The notes under the pieces: generated by a model
Database searches by the model: none
Seen by the model: the letters and a program-made list of their open reading frames with translations, nothing else
What the model was told of the DNA's origin: nothing
Assembly (NCBI GenBank): GCA_964497825.1
Contig: CAZCFA010000002.1
Location: forward strand, 7,510 to 71,509
Origin: an uncultured Conexibacter sp.
GTDB lineage: Bacteria; Actinomycetota; Thermoleophilia; Solirubrobacterales; 70-9
Direction of reading: 5' to 3'
DNA length: 64,000 nucleotides
In this document: positions 1-9,108 of the stretch, in pieces
Numbering within the stretch: the first letter of the stretch is position 1
Layout of the letters: each line of letters opens with the position of its first letter
Position numbers and translations under genes: made by a program

Positions 1-387
1 CGGTCGCCCCTCCCGGTCGAGGTAGCGAACCCGCACCCGCATGCTGCGGCGCAGCTCGCCGCGCAGGCCGGGGACCGACAGACAGCCCTCGTTGATCGGC
101 TCGGTGACGTCGTCGAGCGGCTCGATCTCGGGGTTGACGAAGACCGTCAACGGGATCTCGGGCTTGTAGGGGTAGCGCCGGTTCGAGCCGACCTCGGCGA
201 CCGCGACCCGGACCGTCTCGGCGACCTGGTTGGCGGCGAGGCCGGCGCCGGCGGCGGCCCGCATCGTCGCGATCATGTCGTCGATCAGCGCCTGGATTGC
301 GGGCGAGCGCAGCTGCTCGAGGCTGAGCTCGCGGGCGCGCTCGCGCAGCGCCGGGTGGCCGACCTCGACGATCTCGCGGACGCTCAC
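1..387 (-). CDS. def: peptide deformylase, N-terminal part (gene continues past the left edge)
   Basis: Own reverse-strand translation from GTG at 387: [22 protein letters not shown]...[14 protein letters not shown]...[14 protein letters not shown]. Carries deformylase motif 1 (GxGxAAxQ) and motif 2 (EGCLS). Absent from the ORF track because truncated. GTGA overlap with the hutU stop. Confidence 0.85.
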   Translation of the reverse strand, partial: MSVREIVEVGHPALRERARELSLEQLRSPAIQALIDDMIATMRAAAGAGLAANQVAETVRVAVAEVGSNRRYPYKPEIPLTVFVNPEIEPLDDVTEPINEGCLSVPGLRGELRRSMRVRVRYLDREGRP

Positions 388-2057
388 CGCTCGCTCGGGC
401 CGCCGTCGCTCATCGGCACCCGCACGTCGCGCTCGGCGGCGACCTCGAGCGCGCGCTCGTAGCCCGCGTCGGCATGGCGGATCACGCCCATCCCGGGGTC
501 GGCGGTCAGCACCCGGTCGAGCTTCGCCGCGGCGAGCTCGCTGCCGTCGGCGACGCAGACCATGCCGGCGTGGATCGAGCGGCCGATGCCGACGCCGCCG
601 CCGTGGTGGAGGCTGACCCAGGAGGCGCCCGAGGCGGTGTTGACGAGCGCGTTCAGCAGCGGCCAGTCGGCGATCGCGTCGGAGCCGTCGATCATCGCCT
701 CGGTCTCGCGGTAGGGCGAGGCGACCGAGCCCGAGTCGAGGTGGTCGCGGCCGATCACGATCGGGGCGCTGATCTCGCCCGCCGCGACCATCGCGTTGAA
801 GCGCAGCCCGAGCCGGCGGCGCTCGCCGTAGCCGAGCCAGCAGATCCGCGCCGGCAGCCCCTGGAAGGCGATCCGCTCGCCCGCCATCCGGATCCAGCGC
901 CCGAGCGCCTCGTCGTCGGGGAACTCCTCGAGCACGGCGCGGTCGGTGGCGGCGATGTCGGCCTCCGCGCCCGACAGCGCCGCCCAGCGGAACGGGCCCT
1001 TGCCCTCGCAGAACAGCGGCCGGATGTAGGCGGGGACGAAGCCGGGGTAGTCGAAGGCGCGCTCGAAGCCGCCGAGCTCGGCCTCGCGGCGGAGGCTGTT
1101 GCCGTAATCGAAGACCTCGGCGCCGCGGTCCTTGTAGGCGACCATCGCGTAGCAGTGCGCGGCGGCCGAGACGCGCGCCCGGCGGATGTACTCGTCGGGA
1201 TCGGCCGCGCGCAGCGCCTCGGCCTCGGCCAGCGACAGGCCCGCCGGCACGTAGCCGACGAGCGGGTCGTGGGCGCTCGTCTGGTCGGTGACGATGTCGG
1301 CGTCGAAGCCGCGGTCGAGCAGCTCGGGGATCAGCTCGGCGGCGTTGCCGAGCAGCCCGACGCTGAGCGCCCGGCGCTCCGCCTTCGCGTCGTGGCAGCG
1401 GTTGATCGCATCGTCGAGGCCGTCGGCGACCTGATCGAGGTAGCGGGTTTCGATCCGGCGCTCGATCCGCTCGGGATCGACCTCGATGCAGAGCGCGACG
1501 CCGTCGTTCATCGTCACCGCCAGCGGCTGCGCGCCGCCCATGCCCCCGAGGCCGGCGGTCAGCGTGATCGTCCCGGCGAGCGAGCCGCCGTAGCGGCGGC
1601 GGGCGATCTCGGCGAAGCACTCGTAGGTGCCCTGCACGATGCCCTGGCTGCCGATGTAGATCCACGATCCCGCGGTCATCTGCCCGTACATCGTCAGCCC
1701 CTCGCGCTCGAGCCGCCGGAACTCGTCCCAGTTCGCCCACTCGCCGACCAGGTTCGAGTTCGCGATCAGCACCCGCGGCGCCCACTCGCTGGTGCGGAAG
1801 ACGCCGACCGGCTTGCCCGAGGCGACCAGCAGCGTCTCGTCGCCGGCGAGCGCCCGCAGCTCGGCGACGATCGCGTCGAAGGCGTCCCAGGAGCGGGCGG
1901 CGCGGCCGGTGCCGCCGTAGACGACGAGCTCGTCGGGGCGCTCGGCGACGTCGGGGTCGAGGTTGTTCATCAGCATCCGCAGCGCCGCCTCCTGCTGCCA
2001 GCCGCGGCAGCTGAGCTCACTCCCGCGGGGCGCCCGCACCGCTCGCGGTCCGCTCAT
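384..2057 (-). CDS. hutU: urocanate hydratase
   Basis: Inner part of track ORF 384..2612. Start set at ATG 2055-2057 ([10 protein letters not shown]...), 557 aa. Urocanase blocks [44 protein letters not shown]. The extra upstream residues of the track ORF are Arg/Pro-rich and overlap hutH. Confidence 0.95.
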   Translation of the reverse strand: MSGPRAVRAPRGSELSCRGWQQEAALRMLMNNLDPDVAERPDELVVYGGTGRAARSWDAFDAIVAELRALAGDETLLVASGKPVGVFRTSEWAPRVLIANSNLVGEWANWDEFRRLEREGLTMYGQMTAGSWIYIGSQGIVQGTYECFAEIARRRYGGSLAGTITLTAGLGGMGGAQPLAVTMNDGVALCIEVDPERIERRIETRYLDQVADGLDDAINRCHDAKAERRALSVGLLGNAAELIPELLDRGFDADIVTDQTSAHDPLVGYVPAGLSLAEAEALRAADPDEYIRRARVSAAAHCYAMVAYKDRGAEVFDYGNSLRREAELGGFERAFDYPGFVPAYIRPLFCEGKGPFRWAALSGAEADIAATDRAVLEEFPDDEALGRWIRMAGERIAFQGLPARICWLGYGERRRLGLRFNAMVAAGEISAPIVIGRDHLDSGSVASPYRETEAMIDGSDAIADWPLLNALVNTASGASWVSLHHGGGVGIGRSIHAGMVCVADGSELAAAKLDRVLTADPGMGVIRHADAGYERALEVAAERDVRVPMSDGGPSER

Positions 2058-3598
2058 CGCAATCCTCCGATCTCGGCCGCGACGGCCGCGGTGACGGCCC
2101 CGGAGCGCAACAGCTCCTCGACGGCGCCGAGCTCGGGCGCGAGCCAGCGGTCGGGGCCGGCGCCGGCGACGCGCCCGCGCAGCGCCGCGAGCGCCGCGGC
2201 GGTGCCCGCGGCGGGGCGCAGCGGCGCCCGCAGCTCGAGCGCCCGGCAGCCGCAGCTGAGCTCGACGGCGAGGATCCGGCGCAGGTTGGCGAGCGCGGCT
2301 CGGAGCTTGCGGGCCGCGCCCCAGCCCATCGAGACGTGGTCCTCCTGCATCGCGCTGGTCGGCAGCGAATCGACGCTCGCCGGCGCCGCCAGCCGCCGGT
2401 TCTCGGCGACCATCGCCGCCTGCGTGTACTGGGCGATCATCATCCCCGAGTCGACGCCGGCCTCGGGGGCGAGGAACGGCGGCAGGCCCTGCGAGCGCGA
2501 GGCATCGAGCAGCCGGTCGGTGCGGCGCTCGGCGATCGCCCCGGCCTCGGCGGCGGCGATCGCGAGGAAGTCGCAGGCGAAGGCGACCGGGGCGCCGTGG
2601 AAGTTCCCGCACGACTCGACCCGGCCGTCGGGCAGCACCATCGGGTTGTCGATCGCCGCGCGCAGCTCGGCGTCGGCGGCGCGGGCGGCGTTGGCGAGCG
2701 CGTCGCGGGCGGCGCCGTGAACCTGCGGCGTGCAGCGGATCGAGTAGGCGTCCTGGACGCGCGGGTCGCCGCTGCGGTGGCTGGCGACCACCGCCGAGCC
2801 GTCGAGCAGCGCCCGCAGGTTGGCGGCGCTGTCGGCCTGGCCGGGCTGCGGCCGCAGCGCGACTAGGTCGGCGGCGAAGGCGCGGTCGGTGCCGAGCAGC
2901 GCCTCGGTGCTGATCGCGGCGGCGACGTCGGCGGCCCGCAGCAACTCGCCGAGGTCGGCGATCGCCAGGACCAGCATCCCGAGGATGCCGTCGGTGCCGT
3001 TGATCAGCGCCAGCCCCTCCTTCGGCCCCAACAGCGGCGGCTCGATCCCGGCCTCGGCGAGCGCCTCGCCGGCGGGCCGGGGCGCATCGTCGGCATCGAG
3101 CACCTCGCCCTCGCCGAGCATCGCCAGCGCGCAGGCGGCGAGCGGCGCGAGATCGCCGCTGGCGCCAAGCGAGCCGTGCTCGGGCACGACCGGGTCGAGC
3201 CCGGCATCGAGCATCGCCAGCATCGTCTCGGCGAGCACCGGCCGGGCGCCGGAACGGCCCATCGCCAGCGAGCGGGCGCGCAGGAACATCATCGCGCGGA
3301 CGACCTCGCGCTCGACCGGAGGGCCCATGCCGGCGGCGTGCGAGCGGATCAGCGCCCGCTGCAGCTCGGTCCGGCGGGCGGCCGGGATCGGCGTCTGCGC
3401 GAGCGATCCGAACCCGGTCGAGACGCCGTATGCGGGCTGATCGGAGGCGGCAAGGCGGGCGACCACCGCCGCCGTCTGCTCCATCGCATCCCGCGCCGCG
3501 GCTGTCAGCCGGGCGGTCGCGCCCTCACGCGCGACCGCGATCACGTCAGCGGCCTCGACGCCGTCCGCTCCGAGCGCGACCGCGGCGACGGTCGTCAA
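2054..3598 (-). CDS. hutH: histidine ammonia-lyase
   Basis: Track ORF 2054..3853. MIO-forming [13 protein letters not shown] motif, [18 protein letters not shown]. Start placed at TTG 3598 ([26 protein letters not shown]), giving the usual ~55 aa before [11 protein letters not shown] 3853 would add a Pro/Arg/Ser tail overlapping the next gene. ATGA overlap with hutU. Confidence 0.9.
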   Translation of the reverse strand: MTTVAAVALGADGVEAADVIAVAREGATARLTAAARDAMEQTAAVVARLAASDQPAYGVSTGFGSLAQTPIPAARRTELQRALIRSHAAGMGPPVEREVVRAMMFLRARSLAMGRSGARPVLAETMLAMLDAGLDPVVPEHGSLGASGDLAPLAACALAMLGEGEVLDADDAPRPAGEALAEAGIEPPLLGPKEGLALINGTDGILGMLVLAIADLGELLRAADVAAAISTEALLGTDRAFAADLVALRPQPGQADSAANLRALLDGSAVVASHRSGDPRVQDAYSIRCTPQVHGAARDALANAARAADAELRAAIDNPMVLPDGRVESCGNFHGAPVAFACDFLAIAAAEAGAIAERRTDRLLDASRSQGLPPFLAPEAGVDSGMMIAQYTQAAMVAENRRLAAPASVDSLPTSAMQEDHVSMGWGAARKLRAALANLRRILAVELSCGCRALELRAPLRPAAGTAAALAALRGRVAGAGPDRWLAPELGAVEELLRSGAVTAAVAAEIGGLR

Positions 3599-3665
3599 GG
3601 CTCGGGTGTCCGTCGTCGGGGGCCGCTCAAGGTCTGCTCGCGGCCAGCGTATCGCCGCGCGGCCG

Positions 3666-4763
3666 CTAGCCGAGGGCGGCCCGGCGGGCGGCGGCCGCCG
3701 CGTCGGCGGCCTCGCGCTCGGCGCGCTCGCGAAGCTCGGCCTCGAGCTGCTCGCGACGGCGGCGCTCGGCCTCGGCCCGCTCGGCCTCGCGGCGCGCCGC
3801 CTCGCGCTCGAACTCCTCGCGCACGCGCCGCTCGACGTCCTCGGCGGCGGCAACCGTCTCCTCGCGGGCGCGCTGCTCGGCCTGCGAGCGCAGCGCCTCG
3901 GCCTCCTCGTCGAGGCGTCGCTGCAGATCCGCCCGCGCCTTCTCCTCGGCCTCGGCCCGGGCCCGCTCGGCCGCCGCGGCGGCCTCGCGCTCGCGCTGCC
4001 GTCCCTCCTCGAGCAGGCGCTGCTCGGCCTCGTAGCGGGCCCGCTCCTCGGCCTCGGTGGCGAGCCGGTCGACGAGCCGCTTCAGCTTCCCCTCCGCCTC
4101 CGCCAGCTGCTCCTCGGCCTCGGCCCGGGCGGCGCGCTCGGCGGCGAGCGCCCGGCGCCCGTCCTCGCGGACGCGCTCGAGCTCCTCCTCGAAGCCGTCC
4201 TCGCGGGCGGCGATCCGGGCGTCGAGCTCACGGGCGCGGTTCTCGATGCCCTCCTCGAGCTGCTTGCGGCGGGCGGCGATCTCGACGTCCGCCTTGCGGT
4301 TCTTGATCTCGAGCTGCTCCTCGAGCGCCGCGCCGCGGGTCCGCACCTCGGACTTGATCCGCTCGATCGCCTGCTCGCGCAGCCGCGCCTGCAGCTCGCG
4401 CATCCGCGCCTCGGCCTTGGCCCGGATCTGCTCCCGGGCCTCGGCGACGCGGGCTTCGAGCCGGCCCTCGGCCCGCCGCACCTCGGCGGCGGCGTCCTCG
4501 GCGGCAGCGGCGGCGGCGCGCTCGGCGTCCTCGGCGCGCTCGAGCGCGATCGCACGCTCGGTGACGGCGCGGCGGGCGAGCGCCTCGGCATCGGCGGCGC
4601 GCAGCGCCGACTCCCGCGCCTCGGCGGCGAGCCTGCGGACGTCGTCGGCGAGCGAATCGAGGCCGGCATTGCGCGCCGCCTCGATCCCCGAGTCGAGCTC
4701 CGCCGCGGCGGCGCGGGCGCGCTGCGACCCCTCGGGAAGAATCTCGCTCGGCTCGGCTGACAC
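3666..4763 (-). CDS. Ala/Glu/Arg-rich coiled-coil protein, function unknown
   Basis: 365-aa ORF with GTG start at 4763. Long heptad-like E/A/R/L runs (EAEEQLAEAEGKLKRLVDRLATEAEERARYEAEQRLLEE). High GC3 in this frame. The competing plus-strand ORFs translate to Leu/Gly/Ala/Pro junk typical of antisense frames. Confidence 0.6.
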   Translation of the reverse strand: MSAEPSEILPEGSQRARAAAAELDSGIEAARNAGLDSLADDVRRLAAEARESALRAADAEALARRAVTERAIALERAEDAERAAAAAAEDAAAEVRRAEGRLEARVAEAREQIRAKAEARMRELQARLREQAIERIKSEVRTRGAALEEQLEIKNRKADVEIAARRKQLEEGIENRARELDARIAAREDGFEEELERVREDGRRALAAERAARAEAEEQLAEAEGKLKRLVDRLATEAEERARYEAEQRLLEEGRQREREAAAAAERARAEAEEKARADLQRRLDEEAEALRSQAEQRAREETVAAAEDVERRVREEFEREAARREAERAEAERRRREQLEAELRERAEREAADAAAAARRAALG

Positions 4764-4791
4764 GTCGGCTCCCGCCGCCGAGACTAGGGCA

Positions 4792-5001
4792 CTACGGCTT
4801 GGTGCGGGGCGCGGAGCCGCCGTAGGAGAACGAGACCGCGATCGCGATCAGCGAGCCGATCAGCACGACGGCGATCGCGAAGGCGAGCAGCCGCGGCATC
4901 CTCGCCGCGTGCGCGTAGACGCCGAGGGCGAAGCCGGCGCCGATCACGAGGGCGTACGGGCCGGCGTCGTCGGGCAGCCCGAGGAGGGTGGCGCTCAGCA
5001 C
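4792..5001 (-). CDS. small 2-TM membrane protein (hypothetical)
   Basis: C-terminal 69 codons of track ORF 4792..6126, from GTG 5001: VLSATLLGLPDDAGPYALVIGAGFALGVYAHAARMPRLLAFAIAVVLIGSLIAIAVSFSYGGSAPRTKP. Two hydrophobic helices and consistently high GC3. Alternative ATG start at 4899. Confidence 0.4.
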   Translation of the reverse strand: MLSATLLGLPDDAGPYALVIGAGFALGVYAHAARMPRLLAFAIAVVLIGSLIAIAVSFSYGGSAPRTKP

Positions 5002-5025
5002 CCCGGCATTATCATCAGCCCGGCG

Positions 5026-5943
5026 ATGTTCGACGCGCCACAGCCCGGCGAGGCCGCCGCGCCCGCGTCGGTCGAGGAGTCGCGGGCGGCGCTCGAGGGC
5101 GCCGGCTACCTCGCCGATGAGCCGGCGGCGCTGGTCTCGCTGCTCGCCCAGCGGCTCGGCAAGCCGGTGCTGGTCGAGGGGCCCGCCGGCGTCGGCAAGA
5201 CCGAGCTGGCGAAGGCGCTCGCCCGCGCCTCCGACCGCGAGCTCGTGCGGCTGCAGTGCTACGAGGGGCTCGACGAGGCGAAGGCGCTGTACGAGTGGAA
5301 CTATCGCAAGCAGCTGCTGCGGATCCAGGCCGAGTCCTCGGGCGAGGCGAATGCGGTGCTCGACGACATCTTCGCCGAGGAGTTCCTGCTCACCCGGCCG
5401 CTCTTGACCGCGATCGCCTCCTCCGACCCGGTCGTCCTGCTGATCGACGAGATCGACAAGACCGATCAGGAGTTCGAGGCGATGCTGCTCGAGGTCCTCT
5501 CCGACTTCCAGATCTCGATCCCCGAGCTCGGCGTCGTTGAGGCGACGACGATGCCGATCGTCGTGCTCACCTCGAACAACTCGCGCGAGCTGACCGAGGC
5601 GCTGAAGCGCCGTTGCCTGTACCTGTGGCTCGACTACCCCGACGCCGATCGCGAGGTCGAGATCATCCGCCTGCACGAGCCCGGGATCGATGAGCGGCTC
5701 GCCCGGCGCCTGATCGAGATCGTCGGCATGGTCCGCGAGCTCGACCTCAAGAAGCCGCCCTCGATCGCCGAGTCGATCGACTGGGCGCGGGCGCTGCTGC
5801 TGCTCGGCGCCGACGACATCGACGCCGAGACGTTCACCGAGACGATGAGCATCATCGTCAAGCACCGCACCGACCTCGATCTCGTCGCCGAGCGCGTCGG
5901 CATGCGGCTCGGCGGCGGCATCTCCGGCGCCGGCGGCGGGTGA
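5026..5943 (+). CDS. MoxR/CoxD-like AAA+ ATPase
   Basis: In-frame ATG 5026 inside track ORF 4057..5943 (MFDAPQPGEAAAP...). Walker A GPAGVGKT, Walker B VVLLIDEIDK, TSNNSRELTEALKRRC sensor region. 305 aa. Confidence 0.9.
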   Translation: MFDAPQPGEAAAPASVEESRAALEGAGYLADEPAALVSLLAQRLGKPVLVEGPAGVGKTELAKALARASDRELVRLQCYEGLDEAKALYEWNYRKQLLRIQAESSGEANAVLDDIFAEEFLLTRPLLTAIASSDPVVLLIDEIDKTDQEFEAMLLEVLSDFQISIPELGVVEATTMPIVVLTSNNSRELTEALKRRCLYLWLDYPDADREVEIIRLHEPGIDERLARRLIEIVGMVRELDLKKPPSIAESIDWARALLLLGADDIDAETFTETMSIIVKHRTDLDLVAERVGMRLGGGISGAGGG

Positions 5944-7367
5944 GCGGTCCGGCGCCGGCCGGCCGCCCCCGGCCGAGCGGGTTCGCGCCCCGGCTGATCG
6001 CGTTCTGCGACGAGCTCCGGCGCGAGGGCATGCAGGTCGGGACGGCCGAGATCCTCGACGCGTTCGCCGCGCTCGAGGTCGTCCCCTGGCGCGGCCGCGA
6101 CGACTTCCGCGAGGCGCTCGCCTCAACGCTGGCGAAGTCGCAGGAGGACCGGCGGCTGTTCGAGCTCGTCTTCGACCGCTGGTTCTTTCGCGCCACCGAG
6201 CTCGAGGCGCTCATCCGCGGCGACGGCGAGAGCGATCCGCGCGAGGGCCGCTCGGCGCCCGAGGCGGGCGCCGACGACGACGACGGCGAGCGCTTCGACC
6301 TCGACGAGCTGCGCGAGATCATCCGCCAGGCGATCGCCGACGGCGACGACGGGCGCATGCGCGACCTCGCCAGCCTCGCCGTCGCCGCCTTCGGCCGGCG
6401 CGGCCAGGGCTCGGGCGTGGTCGGCGTCGACGTGCAGCGGATCCGCCGCTCGCTCGGGCTGACGCCGCGCTCGCAAGCGCCCGACGGGGCCGGCGAGGAG
6501 GTCGAGCTCGACCGCGACGACGTGCGCCGCTTCGAGCAGCATCTGCGCCGCGAGCTCGAGCGCGGCCTGATCGAGCGCACCGGCAAGCTGCCGCCGTCGC
6601 GGCCGCTGGCCGAGCTCGACCGGGCGCTGCCGACGAGTCCGACCCAGGACCTCGCCGCCGTCCACCGCTCGGTCGCGCAGCTGAAGCGGCGGCTGGCGAC
6701 GCTCGGCCACGACCAGCGCGGGCGCCGCAAGGGCCGGGTCGTCGACGTCCGCCGGACGATGCGCTCGTCGCTGGAGACCGGCGGCGTGCCGCTGCGCCTG
6801 CGCTACCGGCCGAAGCGGCCGCGGCGGCCCGAGATCTACGTCCTCTGCGACGTCTCGACCTCGGTCACCTCGGCCAGCGTCTTCTTCCTCAGCGTCCTGC
6901 ACGCGCTGCACGACTCGTTCCGCAAGCTGCGCTCGTTCGTGTTCATCGAGCGGATCAGCGAGGTCACCGAGGCGTTCGAGCGCGAGCGCGACTTCAGCAA
7001 GATCTCCGAGCGGATCAGCAAGGACGGCGGCGTCGCCGACGTCTCCGGCTACACCGACTACGGCCGCGTCTGGCTTGAGTTCCTGACCGAGATCTCCGCC
7101 GACCTCGACCCGCGCTCGACCGTGATCGTGCTCGGCGATGCCCGCACCAACGGCCGCGACCCGCACGCCGCCGCGTTCGCCCAGCTCACCGAGCGCGCCG
7201 GGCGCACGTTCTGGCTCAACCCGGAGCCGCGCCTGTACTGGAACTACGGCGACTCGGTGATGGCCGCCTACGAGCCCCACGTCACCCAGGCGTTCGAGTG
7301 CTGGACGACGACCCACCTCGAGCGCTTCGTCGACGTCGTCGCCGCCGGCCGGCCCGCCGCGGCCTGA
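5940..7367 (+). CDS. VWA-domain protein, CoxE-like
   Basis: Track ORF with GTG start overlapping the moxR stop (GTGA). N-terminal FCDELRREGMQVGTAEILDAF block typical of CoxE-like proteins. C-terminal VWA with MIDAS-like YVLCDVSTSV. Confidence 0.85.
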   Translation: MSGPAPAGRPRPSGFAPRLIAFCDELRREGMQVGTAEILDAFAALEVVPWRGRDDFREALASTLAKSQEDRRLFELVFDRWFFRATELEALIRGDGESDPREGRSAPEAGADDDDGERFDLDELREIIRQAIADGDDGRMRDLASLAVAAFGRRGQGSGVVGVDVQRIRRSLGLTPRSQAPDGAGEEVELDRDDVRRFEQHLRRELERGLIERTGKLPPSRPLAELDRALPTSPTQDLAAVHRSVAQLKRRLATLGHDQRGRRKGRVVDVRRTMRSSLETGGVPLRLRYRPKRPRRPEIYVLCDVSTSVTSASVFFLSVLHALHDSFRKLRSFVFIERISEVTEAFERERDFSKISERISKDGGVADVSGYTDYGRVWLEFLTEISADLDPRSTVIVLGDARTNGRDPHAAAFAQLTERAGRTFWLNPEPRLYWNYGDSVMAAYEPHVTQAFECWTTTHLERFVDVVAAGRPAAA

Positions 7368-7394
7368 GCGGCACCAACCCGTCTAGACTGGATC

Positions 7395-7500
7395 GGACAC
7401 AAGGGGTGCTCGCGGGCAGCGGGCTGAGATAGCGCCTCCGGGAATCGCCCGCCCGGCGCTGACCCTCCGAACCTGTGCGGTAATGCGCGCGAAGGGATGC
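7395..7500 (+). promoter_or_regulatory. TPP (THI-box) riboswitch
   Basis: Read directly: ..aaGGGGTGCtcgcgggcagcgGGCTGAGAtagcgcc...gctgACCCtccGAACCTGtgcGGTAATGCgcgcGAAGGGAtgcc GTG. Matches the conserved GGGGUGC / CUGAGA / ACCC..GAACCUG..GNUAAUGC..GAAGGGA core. Ends 1 nt before the GTG start of the ABC ATPase. Confidence 0.85.
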
Positions 7501-7501
7501 C

Positions 7502-8320
7502 GTGAGCGAGACGACGACGAGGATCCAGGAGCCGCAGACCGGCCCCGTCCCGGCGCAGGCGAAGGCGCGGATCGAGGTCGCCGGCGTCGACCACCGCTTC
7601 GGCCCGCTCGAGGTTCTGCGCGGGGTCGGCTTCGAGGTGGCCGCGGGTGAGGTCGTCGCGGTCGTCGGCGCCTCCGGCTGCGGCAAGTCGACGCTGCTGG
7701 AGCTGATCGCCGGCCTCGCCGAGCCCGGCAGCGGCGCGATCGCGGTCGGCGGCGAGCGCGACGCGGCGGCGCGGCTGGCGGCCTGCGCCTGGATGCCGCA
7801 GCGCGACCTGCTGCTGCCCTGGCGCCGCGCCGTCGACAACGCGGCGCTCGGACTGCGGCTCGCCGGCGCCGACCGCGCCGCCGCCCGCCGGCGCGCGACG
7901 GCGATGCTCGACCGGCTCGGGGTCGGCGAGTTCGCCCGCTCGTTCCCGGCCGAGCTCTCGGGCGGGATGCGCCAGCGGGTCGCGTTCGCGCGGACGCTGT
8001 TGACCGGCAACGAGGTGCTGCTCCTCGACGAGCCGCTGGCGGCGCTCGACGCGATCACCCGCGCCGAGCTGCAGGAGCTTCTGGTGGCGACGCTGGCGGA
8101 GCTGCCGCGCACGACCGTGCTCGTCACCCACGACGTCGAGGAGGCGCTGTTCGTCGCCGACCGCGTGCTGCTGCTCTCGCCGCGGCCGGGGCGGATCGTC
8201 TGGGAGACGCGCTCGCCGGTCGACCGCCGCGAGCCGCGCGCGGCGGCGATCAGCGCGCCCGGCTTCGTCGCCGCCCGCGAGGCGGCGCTCGAGCAGCTCG
8301 GCAGGGGACGCGAGCGGTGA
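7502..8320 (+). CDS. ABC transporter ATP-binding protein (NitT/TauT family, ThiZ-like)
   Basis: Walker A GASGCGKST, signature LSGGMRQRV, Walker B VLLLDEPLAALD. First gene after the TPP riboswitch. Confidence 0.9.
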   Translation: MSETTTRIQEPQTGPVPAQAKARIEVAGVDHRFGPLEVLRGVGFEVAAGEVVAVVGASGCGKSTLLELIAGLAEPGSGAIAVGGERDAAARLAACAWMPQRDLLLPWRRAVDNAALGLRLAGADRAAARRRATAMLDRLGVGEFARSFPAELSGGMRQRVAFARTLLTGNEVLLLDEPLAALDAITRAELQELLVATLAELPRTTVLVTHDVEEALFVADRVLLLSPRPGRIVWETRSPVDRREPRAAAISAPGFVAAREAALEQLGRGRER

Positions 8321-9108
8321 GCGCACGCCTCCGCAACGGGGCCGCGCGGGCGCTGCCGCCGCTGGTGCTGGCCCTCGTCGTGCTCGGGCTCTGGGAGCTC
8401 GCCGCGCGCTCGGGCTGGCTCGCCGACGCGCTCAACCTCCGCGACTTCGTCGTCCCGGCGCCGAGCGAGGTGGCGACGGCGCTTTGGCAGAACCGCTCGC
8501 TGCTCGCCGAGAACGCCTGGGTGACGCTGCGCGAGGTGCTCGGCGGCTTCGCGCTGGCGCTCGTCACCGGGGTCGCGATCGCGGTCCTGCAGCATCTCTC
8601 GCCGCTGGCGCGGCGCGCGATCTACCCGTTCACGGTCGCCTCGCAGGCGATCCCGCTGGTCGTGATCGCGCCGGTGCTGGTCGTCTGGCTCGGCTTCGGG
8701 ATCGCCCCGAAGGTGCTGATCATCGCGCTGATCTGCTTCTTCCCGATCTGCGTCAACACGCTCGACGGCCTCGCGACCGCCGACGCCGAGCAGCGCAAGC
8801 TGATGCGCTCGCTCGGGGCCGACCGCCTGGAGGCGCTGCGGCTGCTCGAGGCGCCGACCGCCCTCCCCTATCTGCTCAGCGGCGCCAAGGTCGCGATCGC
8901 CGTCGCCGTGATCGGCGCCGTCTTCGGCGAGTGGGCGGGCTCCGACGCCGGCCTCGGCCACCTGATCCAGATCGACAACGGCCAGTTCGAGGTCGCGCGC
9001 CTGTTCGCGACGACGCTGGTGCTCGGGGCGATGGCGGTGCTGCTGTTCGGGGCGCTGGCGCTGCTCGAGCGGCGGCTCGCCTGGTGGGGCGCGGGAGCGG
9101 GACGATGA
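8317..9108 (+). CDS. ABC transporter permease (ThiX-like)
   Basis: Six hydrophobic segments. EAA-type loop KLMRSLGADRLEALRLLEAPTALPY. GTGA overlap with the ATPase, ATGA overlap with the binding protein. Confidence 0.9.
   Translation: MSARLRNGAARALPPLVLALVVLGLWELAARSGWLADALNLRDFVVPAPSEVATALWQNRSLLAENAWVTLREVLGGFALALVTGVAIAVLQHLSPLARRAIYPFTVASQAIPLVVIAPVLVVWLGFGIAPKVLIIALICFFPICVNTLDGLATADAEQRKLMRSLGADRLEALRLLEAPTALPYLLSGAKVAIAVAVIGAVFGEWAGSDAGLGHLIQIDNGQFEVARLFATTLVLGAMAVLLFGALALLERRLAWWGAGAGR

Noticed and set aside
474-2720. Very long ORFs antisense to or overlapping recognised genes (e.g. 474..2720 +, 7282..8961 -, 16788..19289 +, 27284..31918 +, 28356..29972 -, 37708..40563 -, 49772..52024 -, 52050..54893 +)
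   Set aside because: These are typical high-GC artefacts. Their translations are dominated by Arg/Ala/Gly/Pro/Asp with no motifs. Each is the mirror or shifted frame of a gene with clear family signatures (hutU, ABC genes, MMPL, metH, GGDEF-EAL, HD-GYP).
3599-3853. Using ATG 3853 as the hutH start (as in the ORF track)
   Set aside because: It would add ~85 Pro/Arg/Ser/Ala-rich residues with no counterpart in histidine ammonia-lyases. It would also overlap the 3' end of the coiled-coil gene (3666-4763) on the same strand. TTG 3598 gives the normal N-terminal length.
5026-7367. MoxR-VWA pair as an anti-phage defence or novel effector system
   Set aside because: Both proteins match the ordinary CoxD/CoxE-like chaperone architecture. 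There are no nuclease, protease, TIR, SIR2 or other effector domains, and no other defence genes are in the vicinity.
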